Part shown: positions 11,477 to 25,909 of the stretch, one piece after another | Position numbering within the stretch: position 1 is the first letter of the stretch | Layout: each line of letters starts with the position of its first letter | Assembly: GCA_964187785.1 (NCBI GenBank) | Contig: OZ076421.1 | Coordinates: 43,710,001 to 43,774,000 of the forward strand | Direction of reading: 5' to 3' | Length of the DNA stretch: 64,000 bases | From: Amphiscolops sp. MND2022 | Lineage: Eukaryota | Translations under genes and position numbers: made by a program | The notes under the pieces: generated by a model | Told to the model about the DNA's origin: nothing | The model's input: only the letters and a program-made list of their open reading frames with translations | The model's database searches: none

Positions 11477-14400
11477 TTGCATAACTCTAAAAAACTAGCA
11501 TGAATCATTTTTTGAAATGAACCTTTATATGAACCTTACTTTTTCTATATCCCAAAATTAAATATTCAGTCTTGAGAGAACTTTTTTTGGTTTTCGAATA
11601 TTTCTAATCGTCGTAGCATTAACGGGGGACATTGTTTATATATTTCTTAGATTTTAAAAATAGTAAATTTAAATTGAAATGGTGCAACATCGCGGGTTTG
11701 AGGTTTTTCCAGACTAGCCAGAGACATCTGTGGATCTTCTGGATGATGAATCGTTTTTCCAGACTAAAAATGCCAGAGTAATTTCATGTGAAAGGGGAAC
11801 GTTTATTGAAGTGAGAAAAGTCGTAAGGGATTAAGATAAACCTATATAAGCTCGCGAAAGGCTTTTTGTTGATGGGGTGAAATGTAGCCGAAACAATTAC
11901 ATAACAGGTACGCGATACTTCATGAAAACAATCAACAACAATGGATTTAAAGAAGAAACATTCAGCAAAGTGTTGTTTCAGTCAACAATTTTGAAAAGCA
12001 TAATATAGAAACGTTCTCCAGTGTATTATTTTGGTATTGGAAGCTATGGCTGCGAAGGAATCTGTGAGGAAAAACAAAGAAAAAAGAATTTGGTTTTGGC
12101 TGATTCCTGGTTTCAGGCCGGATGGAAGTAGGTAGCTTCATAAGTAGCAGTAGGGATTGGGAGAGAGTAAGTAATGGAAGTAAGGAATAAAAGAGAGTGA
12201 GGGGGGGGGGGGTTAAGTGAAAGGAGGTGAGAGACGGGTGATGGATATAATTTATGAGATGGTAACTCTGGTGGAAGGTAAGTAGGAGCAGAAATGAATA
12301 AAATATGGGAGATGAAAGGCGTGATTGAAATGATGTACAATTGAATTTTGCCAGCAGTCACCGCGGTTATCCCTCGTTGCACTTTTAATTAACACATCAA
12401 AGAAAGCAGCCCGGCGTTGAGGAAAACAGGTAAGTTAAATACCCCGGTAACTGGCAGGGTGGCATTGTATCACCCTGCGCTAATCACTGCATACACCCTT
12501 GGGTCACCCTACAACACAATAGGTAAGGGCACCTTCAAACACATCAGTTAGGCAAGCTGTTTAATCTCCCTTTTATACAATGGCGTGACAAAATCTTTAT
12601 AAGGTAGCGGCGCAGCCGATATTTTTCAAACGCAAACTAAACTCAATCCCAATACTATTAAAATTTTTTCAAAAAATGTATACGGAGATTTCATATTCGG
12701 TATATATTTATGCACCGTTTTTGTCAAGAATCGAACGCTGGTCACAAGAAAATTGTAGTAAAGCTGTGAAACTGGTCAAAAAAACTCGGACATTTTTGGT
12801 TCAGTCTGTAATTAAATAACAGAATTGTATATTTTTGGGTGACCTTTTTGTCAGTTGAACTCCACTGTCCTTTGCACTTAAAACCTTTGCCCTAGCTGAC
12901 AGTTGAACGGTAATGGGTGACAGAATCATCTAAGCAAATAAAGGAATCCAATTTTGAGCCGGAAGAAAAACAAGACGCTGCTGCATAATTTTCACAACAA
13001 CGAAACAACCTTTCAGAGTACCCGAAAAGTGAAAGTGAAAATAGCCCTGAATGAAAATGAAAACAATCGCCGCTAGCACTGGAGCAACGTAGTGAATATG
13101 ACAGAATTCACCATTTTTCCCAGAAGAAGCAGAAAGTAAAATTGAAATAATACAGCTTCAATAGTACCTGCGTGGAGTATGCATACAAGTGACAGGTCCA
13201 TCAACCGAAATGCGCGGGAACCGCCCTCCAAAAATGGGAGAATGGGAGAAAAATGGACGTGAGAGTAATTGCGAAAGTGGTAATTAGATTCCACATATGG
13301 ATTTTTTTGGGGGGTGGTCTTTTCCAAAATTCCAGTTCTGTGGGGTATCTGGGATCACACCCAGTCATAAGGAAGTGTCCCAGACACGTTACTTCCTTTC
13401 CTCTCCCAAGTGTTAACAGGGTATGAACAAAATCAAAAGCAACGTTGCGAAAATGAAAATTGAAAAAAAGCAGAAGAAAAAGAAAAAAGTTATTGTTTGA
13501 GGCGCTTTTTGAAATGCAAGTGAAGCAACAAAAAGCATCATCTTCAAAAAGCTTTGTTCTACTATCCTCTACTTGCTTCTTAGAAAACAACCCTTACTTC
13601 TAACCCACAAGAAACAAAACATCCCCCTCCCCCCTGTATGTCCTTCCTTTGAAATACCCCCTCCCCCAAAGTTCATCATACTTCCCCATGACTACAAGGA
13701 AAATATAACACTAGTGCCGGCAGCCTGAAAATTAATGAAGACGGCACCGGATGAAAAGAGGGAGAGTGGAGCGTGAGAATATCATTAACTTTCAAACGCC
13801 GCTGGCTGAGATATTGAAAAGATGAAAGGGCAGAAATTGCACGGCGCTGGTATTTGGGTTTATTGCTCTTGCCATAAATTATAGTGGTGCTGCCTTGAAG
13901 AGACATTACGCAACGTTCGTTTTTCAACAAAAGTTTGATTTTCGAGCAAATAGGTGTTTTTTAATCCTATTTGAAGGTGCTCGAAGCTTTTACATAGGTT
14001 GCAAGAAAAACTTATTAGGTTTTTGGGAGCTGCTTAGAGAAGTTTTCAAGCTCAAAATTTTCATGCTGCGTCACTAACTTTTCAGGTATTTATCCAGATT
14101 TCTCTACAATCTAGCGGGTTTTCATAGCAACATCGAGAAAACTGAAGAAATCCCCGCCAAATTTCGCGGATTTTCGCGTGGAAGACCTCAAAGTTGGGGT
14201 AAAGACGCTATAATGTGACGTAAACAATCAACAAACGCCAGTGTGGCAAGCAAATTTGTAAAACAGGAAATTGTTTCGGTGGATTTTTTTTTCATTGCAA
14301 ACTGTTGAAGAACGCAAAATTTTACTTGTCGGGTTTTGAAAAATGAAAACATATTCATATTGAAGTTCTATACGGTTTTTCATGTAACTACTTTGAGAAC

Positions 14401-14759
14401 GGAATAATAAAATCATGTTTTTTTGATTGGTTGAAATTTCAAATATATTCAACCTTTTTTGTCACTAAATTCGTAACAAAATTTGAAATTCTGGAAAGTA
14501 TTATAAATTGCTTTTATGAGCATTTCAATTTGGTTTCCTTTTTTAGTCAACACATTTTCCTTTAAAGGAAAAATACCTGACTCTTACAGTGACCTTTTTT
14601 TTCTTCAGACCACAGACCTCACACTGAAAGGTCCGCTTTTTACAGAAGCTACTAAAACAACTAAAGTCAAGTCCAGTCAGTGGAAATTTAGTGCAAAGGA
14701 TCCCCCTATCGTTTTTTACTTTTTCAACGTAACCTACAAAACCGGACGAGACTAAAGCG

Positions 14760-15139
14760 TCTTCCCTTTCGATTTTATTTCGGCACTGCGCGACTTTTTT
14801 TTGGAAAATTAATCAAAGTCTCCAAATCTCCCCTTCGAGTTTTCTTATACTTTGCAACTGAATGTATGTTAATAATTCCCAAAGGGCCCCTCCTTTTACA
14901 TTTTTCGGCACTATGCGACATTTTCCGAAAGAAAAAAGTTTGAGTGAAGAGTTTTCCAAAAAATTTCCAGTTGGGAAAAAGTGGTTTCCGATTCTTGTCG
15001 AGCATGAAAGGCACCCTTTGGGTGTCTGGAAACTGTTTTTTGAGCTTTTCACAAATAGGTCCTGAGCATATTTTGAAAAACTTTGCGCTTTTTTGAGCCT
15101 TGGGTTTTTTGAGCCGACTTCAGACGTTCCCGTCTTGTT
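14760..15139 (-). mobile_element. Repeat family A, truncated copy 3
   Basis: Ends GAGCCGACTTCAGACGTTCCCGTCTTGTT. Contains TTTTTCGGCACTATGCGACATTTTCCG shared with the other copies. Confidence 0.6.
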
Positions 15140-16874
15140 TGTTCTACTTTGTTTCGAACAATCGAATGTTTGAGAAAATGTTCTGTTTCACACTCTCCAA
15201 CCGTGTTGGTTTTTTGTTCTAGTTGTCCTCGCGGTTGGGGTAATTCAGACGTGGCCGCAGTTCTAACTGACGTTTCAGACGTTTCAGAAGTGGATACTGG
15301 TCTTGTATATTTCCGAAGCTACGAACCAGTTTTGGCCTTAAAAAGTTTGCATGAAAAGACCACAACTTTGAATGCTTCTGATTTGTCTTTTTTCTGTTTC
15401 TTTGTCTCCTTTGATTCAATTGATTTTTCCGTTGTATTGATTTTTTGATAAATTACTGTAGGTTTCAAGCAGAAAAGAAAGCCGTCGAATAAGTTTTCTG
15501 AGTTTTTTGCAGGTTGAAGATTGGTTGGAGCCTTCGTTTTCTTGCCTCTTGATTTTTCAAAAAGTTCTGTAAGCTGCTTGAAAATTTTTTCAAAGTGCAT
15601 TGATGTGTTTCAAACATTTTACAAACTGCTCAGAGTTTTTACTAATCTTTTCAATGCATGCTCCTTTAATTTCCAATGTTCGTGAGAAAAACCCTGAACA
15701 AGATCTAGGAAAATTGTTTTGTTGCAATTTTAATTTCTGCAGTGAAATTCAAAGGAATATGATTCTGTGAAGTATCTCATTTTAACATTACAGTAATATC
15801 TGTATATATCTGTATTATTACCAGTATATGTTTAACTTTATGTTTCAAAAAATATCTTTGAAATATTATCGCTACAGCATATATGAATAGATAATTCTGC
15901 AAACATGACAATTATGTTTTTAATGTAGTGTCTTAGGAATGAATCTGCTGATGTGAACAAATTAGAATCTTGCAAATTCTTCTAAAAAGTTGCAGCTTTG
16001 AAGTCATGATAACTCGAAACCCAGAGGAAGTCCCGAGCCTCGAAACAGTTGACGTTTTTTCCTCTGAAACGATTCAACCTGCTACGTCATTTCAATTTAT
16101 AAATCTGACGGGCTCATTAAAAATTTCACGTCTCTTTTAAGTTCTCAGGGATAAAAGCTGATAAATTGATCTGCAAAAAAACAGTTACTTGAGATTTGCC
16201 GTAGAAATATCTATAAACTGTTGTTTTCAACTTCAGATTGTTAATTTTTTATATTTCAAAAATTTTCATCAGAAAATATTCTTTTTTTTTCATTGAAATG
16301 TCCGGAAAACGAAAGTTCTTTCATCCCCCAAGGTTGAGGTTGAATGCAACGTTGCAGTTGCATTCAAATGGAAAGAATTCATCAGACGCTGCATCCGTCG
16401 GCATATTCTTGGTCCCAGTTTCAGCAAAATGAAACCAGCTAATGTATTAACCCATGCCCTCGGATTCCGAAAAACGCCAAATTTCGTGGCCAAAATCACA
16501 CGCAGTAAAACTTGTCTGTGGAATCGGAGGGCATACACGCACAGAACTGTGTCTGTAGCGATTAAGATTGCAGTTGCACATTATTGCATATACTCTCAGA
16601 ACGTGAAATGTACCAAAATTGATTTCAAATAATGTTAGCAGACTGCAGTATTAGCAGGGAAATTTTAACCAGTTTCCAACAAAGTGTCGTTTTTTTTTCA
16701 GTTTTTGAAACAGACTTCTTCGCTCTATTTCTTCTCATCATTGGAAGCGTAAACCTTGTTTCTCAAAAACTTGTGCATACATGTACTACAGGTTGGTTAC
16801 ATACGGTCTTGGTGAAACATTCTAGTTTAAAGAATTTACGCCGTCTGACATAGTCTGCTGCGGAGTTTGATTTG

Positions 16875-17553
16875 TGAAAAGGCCTGAAATGCAGTACAGA
16901 AAAAAGACCTCAAATTGGGTGACTTTGCAGTGTCATAACTCCGACCCCAATAAAAGAATCAACCCCAAAATAGCGGTGAACCCAATTATTTGAGCCAAAC
17001 TACCGATTTAGCACAAAAAACTGGAAATCAAAGCAACTTTTTTTCAAAAAATGTTTTTATGGGGGTTTTTGGACTTTTCGATCAATACATCACTTTTCTC
17101 GCAAATATTGCCCTCCATTTCCTGTTTAAATCACTTTAGCCCTCATATTTGTTTGTGATCGTGTTGTGAGAACATATTTGAGTATTTGTAGCCAATATTA
17201 GCCTACTTAGATAGGCAGAAAGTGCCCAAGATAGTGTATTTATTGATCACGGAAGTGTAGTTACTTATTGTAAATCAGCGGATATACTCTCATAACTTTC
17301 TATTTATGCATAAATATTTACTTCTATGTTGTTTACTTTTTTAGTAGATGTACCTGAGAAGTTGTATAATCATATTAGAACGGAAAATTGACTTCTTGAA
17401 AGCAAGTTGTGAGTGTTTTTAGAAAATGAAATATTCAGTTTTCATCACGGATTTGTAGAGTTTTCGGGATCTTTACAATTTTTTGCAAGTTAAAATTATC
17501 CCAGGGACAGGCCGACGGTTCGAACGCCTTAGCTACTAGAATCAGCCTTTACA
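16875..17553 (+). repeat. BEL/Pao 5' LTR (679 bp)
   Basis: Direct repeat of 24319-24998 with about 40 differences by hand count (~94% identity). Confidence 0.95.
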
Positions 17554-17556
17554 TTT

Positions 17557-17574
17557 TGGTGCCGCGACCCGGGA
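17557..17574 (+). promoter_or_regulatory. Primer-binding site, tRNA-His-like
   Basis: TGGTGCCGCGACCCGGGA lies 3 nt after the LTR and resembles the complement of a tRNA-His 3' end (TGGTGCCGTGACTCGG). Confidence 0.65.
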
Positions 17575-17791
17575 AGGTTGCGTTATAATTCACTATCTTT
17601 GACTTCTGTTCTTCTTTTCTCAGCTTTGTTAGATTTGCAGATACCCAACTGGTTTGCTCAAATCTTGAAGAAAAGCAAAATTCTTATTTAACTGGACATT
17701 GTATTCATGTCACAGAGACCCTAATTCATTGTCCATCGGTTTTACCAAATTACTACATAGCAGACAATTTAGCAGAAGTTACTGTACAAGG

Positions 17792-20700
17792 ATGGCGACA
17801 TTTGACCGAACCGACCCGAAGGTAATGACAGTAAAGAAAGGCGGAACAACACAGGTGTTGTTATTTTCGGATGCCTTGAAGAACTCATCCACTGCTGCAG
17901 AATGGAGGGAACACGAACTGCGATTTGCTAAATTAGTTGAAGCAATAGCACAGATATCTTCGAAATTCGATTAACTGAAATCTAAAGGAAAAGATTACGA
18001 ACCCAGTATTTACGAATTGGGTAGTCTTTATCAAGAATATAGCAAATCCATTGAAGGAATAAGTAACGAATGCAACAGTTACATCAACTGCTCCAAGACA
18101 AGTATCAGTCAAAACGTTGCAAAGACTTGTCTTGTCTAACGGGTGGGCTTGAGCAACTTTACAAAGAATGCTCAACAATATGTAGCAACTTGAAAAGATG
18201 TGAAACAGTTCATCCTAATTTGAAGGATAAAGGTCAGTTTCTACGTTACTGTAACCTATCAGATCAATTTAACGACGCCCGTGTCAAGATTCAAGATGAA
18301 ATAGTCAAGACTGATTCATTGATTGCACAGGGCGCTAGATCAACTAAGGTCAAATCAGCTTTACCAAAGGTTCGAGAGATGAAAGACGAAATGGACAAAG
18401 CTCTGAAGGAGCAACGAACTCTGATGAATCTGCATTTTGGCAATCGCGAGTTTTTTGCACCGAAGGAAGCCATTCTAGCTGAAGTCGAGAGAGAACTCCA
18501 GAAAGCAACAATTGAATGGATCAGCTATGTAGATCCAGATAGCAAGGATACCAACACCGCACCAAAAAACCTTGCAGCAGAAGATGCCACGATAGCCGAA
18601 GAACGTTCGGAAACCCACAATCTCTCGACTAATCCCGAAACAGATCAGGGTAAACGCAAGAAAAGTGCTGTTGAGAAAAAGGATCAGAGCTTGAAATTAC
18701 TGAAGAGTTTTAATGACACAATTTCTCGAGACGAGTCAAGTAAATACGAGGAAGGCTCTACGAAATACGAAGCTCCGGGAGACAAAAGTCAGGAGCTGAA
18801 GCCATTAACCAGTAATTTTCGATCGACGATGAAAAGTGCTGCCAGTGAGACTTCGAAGTATCAACATTCCAACACCGGTTCTCGATCTTCACGACTCAGT
18901 GAACGTCGGCGACTTGAAGTCGAGCAAAACTGCTGGAGCAAGAGTCGCGAATGGCGATTTAGAAAAAAAGAAAGAGAATTAGAGCTGAGACGCAAGCAGC
19001 GACAACTGGAAATGGAGATGGAAACGAAACCCGAAGAAAAGCAAGCTGCAACAGAGTTGGCTGATTTACGGGATCAGACCTCCCTAAAGATGCAGGAAAT
19101 GAAACTTCAAATTGAAGAAGCAGAAGGCTCTTGCAATGGGTCAACTGTTAGCCCCAGTCTGATGTCGAGAGCAAATGATGCCGATAAGAACAGCGACATC
19201 AAAAGCTGGTTAGATCAAAACAGCGACGTTATGAATATTCAGAATCAAACTTCGCAGAATGTCGTGAAAACAGGAAAGAGAGACACTGCTATCTCTAGTG
19301 ATGCCGTTGCTTAACGAAGTAGAGGAAAACTTTTGAAAGTGGTCGAAAGAAAGGATCCTTCTGCAGAACGCAAAGACAGACGGGTAAGTGATCGAGGTGA
19401 TAGAAGCCAAAATCGTTCAAAATCAAGAACCTTCTCACCGAAACGACACCTCAATGCGAATTGCGAAGTGCACAACAGGGTCTCACGTTTCGATTCAATG
19501 CCTTGCCAACAACCTGTCCTGCCCCTGTGGACAGTCCAAACATCCAGTCTACCGAAACTGAAGATGACCGAATTTGCATGTGATCCTCTGGAGTGGCCCG
19601 AATGGTCCAGTCTGTTTAATGCAGTTATTCACAATGCGCCAATCGATGACAATGCGAAAATGAGCCACTTAAAGACGTTGGTTAAAGGGAAAGCCAAATC
19701 CGCTATTGCCGTTCTTGGTTACTCTGGAGCTTTATATCACACTGCTGGGACACGTTAGTTCGCAACTTTGGTTGACCCCAGACAGTGGTTAATGCTCAAA
19801 TGAAACTCATCCACACGTCTACATTCATCAAATCTCACGACTCAGAGATATATTATCAAATATGCCCAACTCATAACGACGTGTGGGAGTGTTTTAAATC
19901 AGTACGGCTTTACTGGTTATCTTATCTCAGAGTCTGTTTTGAACAGCGCCGTAAGAAAACTACCTCCAGAGCTGAAAACGAAATGGTTGTTCTTTGCAAA
20001 AGGACAAAAATACTAAACTGCAAATTTCAGTAAACTTAGTGAGTGGTTGAACGACAGTGCATTCGTTCATGATGAACTGCTGGTGGAATTCAGGCAAATC
20101 AACGACAAGAACCAGTCCACGTCGGCTGACCGAACAAAAACAACAGGATCATCCATGTCCGCAACTGCCAACGAAACTGGGTTGTCTTCCTTTAATTCTA
20201 ATCCAAAAGGTCCAATAAAATGTGTTGTCTGCGGCAATACCCATGGATTATGGGCTTGTGATGCTGTCAAGAAACTGGCTCCTTTCGACAGATACAAAAA
20301 AAGGTGAAGGAGAACAAATTGTGCTTCCTCTGTTTCCGTGGGGGCACGCTGTGAAGGACTGCAAGATGGAAGAATGTGCAATCGACGGCTGCAAAAGTCG
20401 TCACAACAGATTACTACACGGACCAGGAGAGACCCAAATCGCTAACACAACGTCGAGGGAGACTGTGGAAACTCATGCAAGCGTAAGTTTGAACACTTTT
20501 GGCATTCTACCTGTGTACAAAGTGGAGCTCTCAAACATTGGGAACAGGGTGAAACTCCTTGCGTTAGTTGATAGTGGATCTAGTCTGTCATGGATTGATA
20601 AAACGTCAGCAGGTCAACTTAATCTGCAAGGAGTCAAGCGTAGTCTAACTGTCAGCGGAATAAATGGTACTGAATGTCACGAAAGTGAGATTGTTAATGT

Positions 20701-23700
20701 CACCACTCATTCGAAGGACTGCGGAAACGAGGATATCCAGATGGCTATTCATCAAAAGCTTGTCATTGGCGAGAGTTTTTACGATATTCGAAAAATGCAG
20801 AGTCAGTACCCTCAACTGATTAAAGTTCCATCAAACAACTTCAATCTGAAAGACGTCAAAGTTACCCTTGGAACAGATTGCTTCTCATTGACTCGACCCT
20901 TAGAATATCAACGTGGACAGCTAGGTGAGCCCTGGGCCGTTCGATGTTCTTTGGGTTGGACAGTCAGTGGACCACTGCCAAAAAAGATTGTGTCCTCGCT
21001 GACATCATGTCATAGTTCGGTTCATCATCCTGCAGATTTCGACTTGAACGAACAAATCAAGATATGGTGGGTCAACGAAAGTTATGGTTCACGAGTGAAA
21101 GTGGACGGGCGATCCAGATCAGATGTTGAAGCACTCGAAAATTTGGAAAAGACAACGCACTGTGAAAATGACAGGTATACCGTGGGAATGTTGTGGAATC
21201 TCCCCGTTCCAGACTTCCGAACAATTATCGTAGTGCAGTTAAACAGTTCTTGTCACTCGAAAATCGACTGTCCAAGAACCCAGAAATCAACGATGCGTAT
21301 TCAGATACAATCAAGACGGATAAAGATTCGGGTTATGTTCGGATACTTGAATCAACCGAGCTTCAAGAGACTAAAAATGAACCTCAGTGGTATCTGCCCC
21401 ATTACCTTGTAGTCAACCCGAACAAACCTGGAAAAGTAAGGCGCGTCTGTAATGCGGCTAGCGAATTTGAAGGACATTCCTTGAACAAAGGTCTCTTCAT
21501 TGGTCCTGATATACTACAAAATTTTGTGGGGATCATCTTCCGATTCCGGGAGAAGCCGTTTGGCATCAGCGCAGACATTGAAGCAATGTTCTTGCAGATA
21601 CAAGTCCCACCTGAAGATGCTAAATGCCTTCATTTCATTTGGCGAGAAAATCAATCAGACGACATATCCACGTATGAATACACTCGGCATATATTTGGAG
21701 CCAAAGACTCGCCAACATGTGCAAATTATGCTTTGCAACGTACCGCCACAGACAATGAAGAATAATTCCCAGTCGCTCTAGAATTGTGAAGCGGAATTTC
21801 TATATGGACAATTTCTTGTATTCTGCGGAAAATATCCGAGAAGCTGAATCTGTGAAACAGAACCTGATATCTCTCTTGCAGAAAAGCGGTTTCAAGTTTT
21901 CCAAATGACAATCAAATGTGAAAGAATTGTGCGAGAAAGACAGTGACGTGGAGAATGTTACTGCTTTGTGTTTGGAATGGAATCTCATCTCGGATGAACT
22001 CAAACTATGCAGTGGTTTTGCAGGCAAAGAGCATACCATAATCACTCACAGAGTGGCTCTGTCCGTGGTATCCTCCATCTTTGATCCGTTGGGACTGGCT
22101 TTACCCTTCACAATCAGAATTCGTCTTATTTTACGACTTATTTGACAGAAGGCTTTGAAATCTTGGGATGAAGAAATTCCGCAAGATGTTGCAAAACAAT
22201 ATCTCGAACGGTTACAAGAAATTCCAGCCCTCAAGGATCTCTCAATAAACCGGCATTATGGCTGGCAGCGTGGCAGTAATGTACATTTACATGTGTTTGC
22301 CGATGCATCAGAAATGGGACTTTGTGTCGTCGCCTACTTGAGGTTCGAGATTGATGGTAAGGTAAAAGTTTCTTTCGTAATGGGGAAAACAAGAGTGGCT
22401 CCTATCAAAACTACTACAATTCCAAAACTGAAGCTTCGAGCAGCCCTTCATGCTTCACGGATGAAAGTATCCATCATAGAAGAACACGATTTCACCATAA
22501 ATCAAGTTTTCATGTGGAGTGATTCATCAACAGTGATACAATGGTTGAATGCATTTGAAAAGCAACAAATTTTTGTTGCGAATCGTTTTGGAGAAATTTT
22601 GGAAAACACCAAGCTGGGTGAAGGGAATCATATCCCTGGCGCACAAAACCCAGCAGATCTTGGCACGAGAGGGATGAGAGCCAATGAAAATGCGTCGAAT
22701 GTGTGGCTGAACGGGCCGGCGTAGCTGATTGAGAACGAAGCTCACTGGCCAAAAGCTACTGCTGCGTGCACCAATGTTGAAGACACTTCAGAAACGTCTC
22801 AAGTGGTTACTCTATTGCCAAACAAGCCACTTGAGATACAATGGGAACGATTTAGTTCTTGGACTAAATTAATTCACACAATTTGCTACATATTGCGCTG
22901 GAGACGACGCAATCAAAATAGAGGAGTGATTTCATTGGACGAATATCACAATGCAGAGCGAATCACTTTGAAATTGATTCAAAAGGAATCTTTTACGACT
23001 GAATATGATACCCTAGTCAATGGAAAAGAGTTATCTTGCAAATCAAACATTGCACAACTTTGCCCGTTTATCGACAATCAGGGTACTATGAGAGCACGTG
23101 GGCGTTTATCAAAAGCTGATATCGAATTCGATACTAAACACCCAATTCTTCTGCCATCCAAACATCCTGAAACACGACTGATGATGCCTAAACGTCATTT
23201 GGACAAATATCATCAAGGTGTTGAGATTATGCGACATGGATTGCAACAGAAATACTGGATATTGGGCCTCAAAAACGCCTTGCGGAACATCAAAAGTCGC
23301 TTTGTTCCTTGTAGGATATACAGTGCCGTTGTCCAAGTCCCAATAATGGCTGACCTACCTAGAGAAAAAGTGGAGAAAGTTGATTTCCCTTTTACTTATG
23401 TTGGAGTTGATTATTTTGGGCCCATAGAAGTGAAATACATGAGAAAAATCTTGAAGAGATGGGTGTGTGTCTTTACCTGCCTGTCGACAAGAGCCATACA
23501 CCTTGAAATGGTGTATTCGCTAGATACTGACTCTTGCGTGAGTGCTGTTTTACGATTCATTGCCAGAAGAGGTCACCCATTGACAATTTGGAGCGATAAT
23601 GGTACAAACTTCGTTGGTGCGAACAACGAGCTGAAGCAGTTTGCATCAATGTGGCAAAATAACTATTTCCAAGAAAAACTTCGTCAAAAGAAGATAGTTT

Positions 23701-24331
23701 GGAAATTCAACCCTGCTGCAGCGCCACATTTCGGAGGTTCTTGGGAGAGAATGGTGAAGACATGCATACAGGCCATATACCACGTTCTGAATGGTCAGAG
23801 GCTCACTGACGAGCTTTTAGTTACGATTCTTTGTCTCACTGAGCAACTGCTAAATTCTCGCCCACTCACGCCTAACTCTAATGATCCTTCCGATATGGAG
23901 GTTTTGACACCTCATCATTTTCTATTGGGCCGGCCGAGTGTTGCCATTCCATATTTGCCAGATGCGCAAAAGTACCAAAATCACAGGAAAATGTTCCGGG
24001 TGGCTCAGGCTCACATGGACAAGATTTGGGCAAGATGGTTGAAAGAGTACCTTCCGGTGCACAATATTCGCCAGAAATGGTACAAGGAACGTCCTCAATT
24101 GAAAGAAAACGACCTGGTGTGGATTATCGACCATCGTAAAAACGAGGTTTTTACCGCCTTGGTAGAGTCAAAAGGTGCCATTTTGGGAATGATGGCAATA
24201 TTCGATCTTGTGACATCCTAACCCAATCTGGAGTTGTTTCTCGACCTACAGTTAAGTTGTCCCGTATGTTGGACGACATTGGGTGTGTTCCTCCGCAAGA
24301 GAAACACAGGGCCGGCGATGAAAAGGCCTGA
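17792..24331 (+). pseudogene. gag-pol: BEL/Pao gag-pol, multiple stops and frameshifts
   Basis: LPKLKMTEF..DPLEWPEW (BEL gag), CVVCGNTHGLWAC knuckle, ALVDSGS protease, WYLPH.VVNPNKPGKVRRVCNAAS RT, LHVFADAS RNase H, VGVDYFGP and WSDNGTNFVG integrase. The terminal frame ends at TGA 24329-24331 inside the 3' LTR. Confidence 0.92.
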
Positions 24332-24998
24332 AATGCAGTACAGAAAAAAAAACCTCAAATTGGGTGACTTTTCAGTGTCATAACTCCGACCCTAATGAAA
24401 GAATCAACCCCAAAATAGCGGTGAACCCAATTATTTGAGCCAAACTACCGATTCAGCACAAGAAACTGGAAATTGAAGGAACTTTTTTTCAAAAAAATTT
24501 TAATGGGGGGTTTTTGGACTTTTCGATTAATATATCATTTTTCTCGCAAATATTGCCCTCCATTTCCTGTTTAAACCACTTTAGATCTCTTATTTGTTTG
24601 TGATCGTGTTGTGCGAACATATTTGGGTATTTGTAGCCAATATTAGCCGACCGAGATAGGCAGAAAGTGCCCAAGATAGTGTATTTACTGATCACGGAAG
24701 TGTAGTTACTTGTTGTAAATCAGCGGATATAATCTCATAACTTTATATTTATGCATAAATATTTACTTCTATATTGTTTACTTTATTAGTAGATGTACCT
24801 GAGAAGTTGTATAACCATATTAGAACGGAAAGTTGACTTCTTGAAAGCAAGTTGTGAGTGTTTTTAGGAGTTGAAATATTCAGTTCTCGTCACGGATTTG
24901 TTGAGTTTTCGGGATCTTTACAATTTTTTGCAAGTTAAAATTATCCCAAGGACAGGCCGACGGTCCGAACGCCTTAGCTACTAGAACCAGCCTTTACA
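24319..24998 (+). repeat. BEL/Pao 3' LTR (680 bp)
   Basis: Direct repeat of the 5' LTR, followed by TSD ATTTG. Confidence 0.95.
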
Positions 24999-25909
24999 AT
25001 TTGAAAAGACGACTGTCGAGAAAATTTTAACTGAATTTCACAAGACCATATGTTGACAAGGTCTCGATGCTATTCTAAGCTTGATGTGAGTTGTTTACCA
25101 ATATGTTAATAACAATTAGCTGGTGCTAATTTAAAGTCGGTAAGGGTTTTCGCTCTTTACTTTTTCTCTTTACCAACCGATGTCAGCATACTTGTTCAAG
25201 GTTGCTAAGGTGTTACTGATCACTGTTTGCTCTTCTTTATATGGGTTTTCTCTTTCTAATACTTCAGTTCTAGCTACCAAATTTCAGAAAAATTGAGTTG
25301 AGAGAATCCAAATTTGGTGCCACTGTTTCACTTCCTTTTTATAATTTTGTTTATTTAAAGTGGCCGTAGTTTTTTCGTGGACCCATTCCATGGTTGCTGA
25401 TTTACCGTTCGAAACAGTTTTTGTTTTACTGACTTGCTTACGTTCGGTGTATGACTTTGTTATTAGCCGTAGTTACTTTGAGTTTTGTACCTCTTATGGC
25501 TATTTGTGGTGTATCATAAAAAGGGCTTTCGAACTTTTTTATTCTTTATTTCCAACGAATTTGAAAACATATATACTCAGACACTTTTCTTCAGTTTCAA
25601 CGATAGGATTTCCAGATTTACCACTTTTTCTTTGGAAGAAACCAATTGTAACTGGTCCCTCTGAAATACATTTCGATGGCAATGAAGGTAATGCATCCGA
25701 ATCAAGTGAACTTGATGTCTCAGTGTTAACTGGTTGACCGCTATGAAATTAAAAATGTTTTTTTCCCGAGTATTCTATGCGTTCATGTATCTTTTCCCAA
25801 TGACGTTTTGTGATAATTCAAAAGCTTTTGGAAATGTTTCGCCTGTAGATTTAAAGGCGCGTACGCCCTTTTCCACTGATCCTGTTGGGGTGTAATAGTA
25901 CGGTGTACC

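Larger units (their letters stand above)
16875..24998 (+). mobile_element. Full-length but decayed BEL/Pao LTR retrotransposon
   Basis: Direct LTRs 16875-17553 and 24319-24998 (TGAAAAGG...CCTTTACA). TSD ATTTG at 16870-16874 and 24999-25003. Domain order gag-protease-RT-RNase H-integrase with BEL-type motifs. Confidence 0.95.

Noticed and set aside
13894-14564. Kolobok-like MITE
   Set aside because: Only one end has TTAA and the termini do not form a convincing inverted repeat.
15150-15600. Lys-rich minus-strand ORFs as a host gene
   Set aside because: Frameshifted, low-complexity and without recognisable motifs or splice support.
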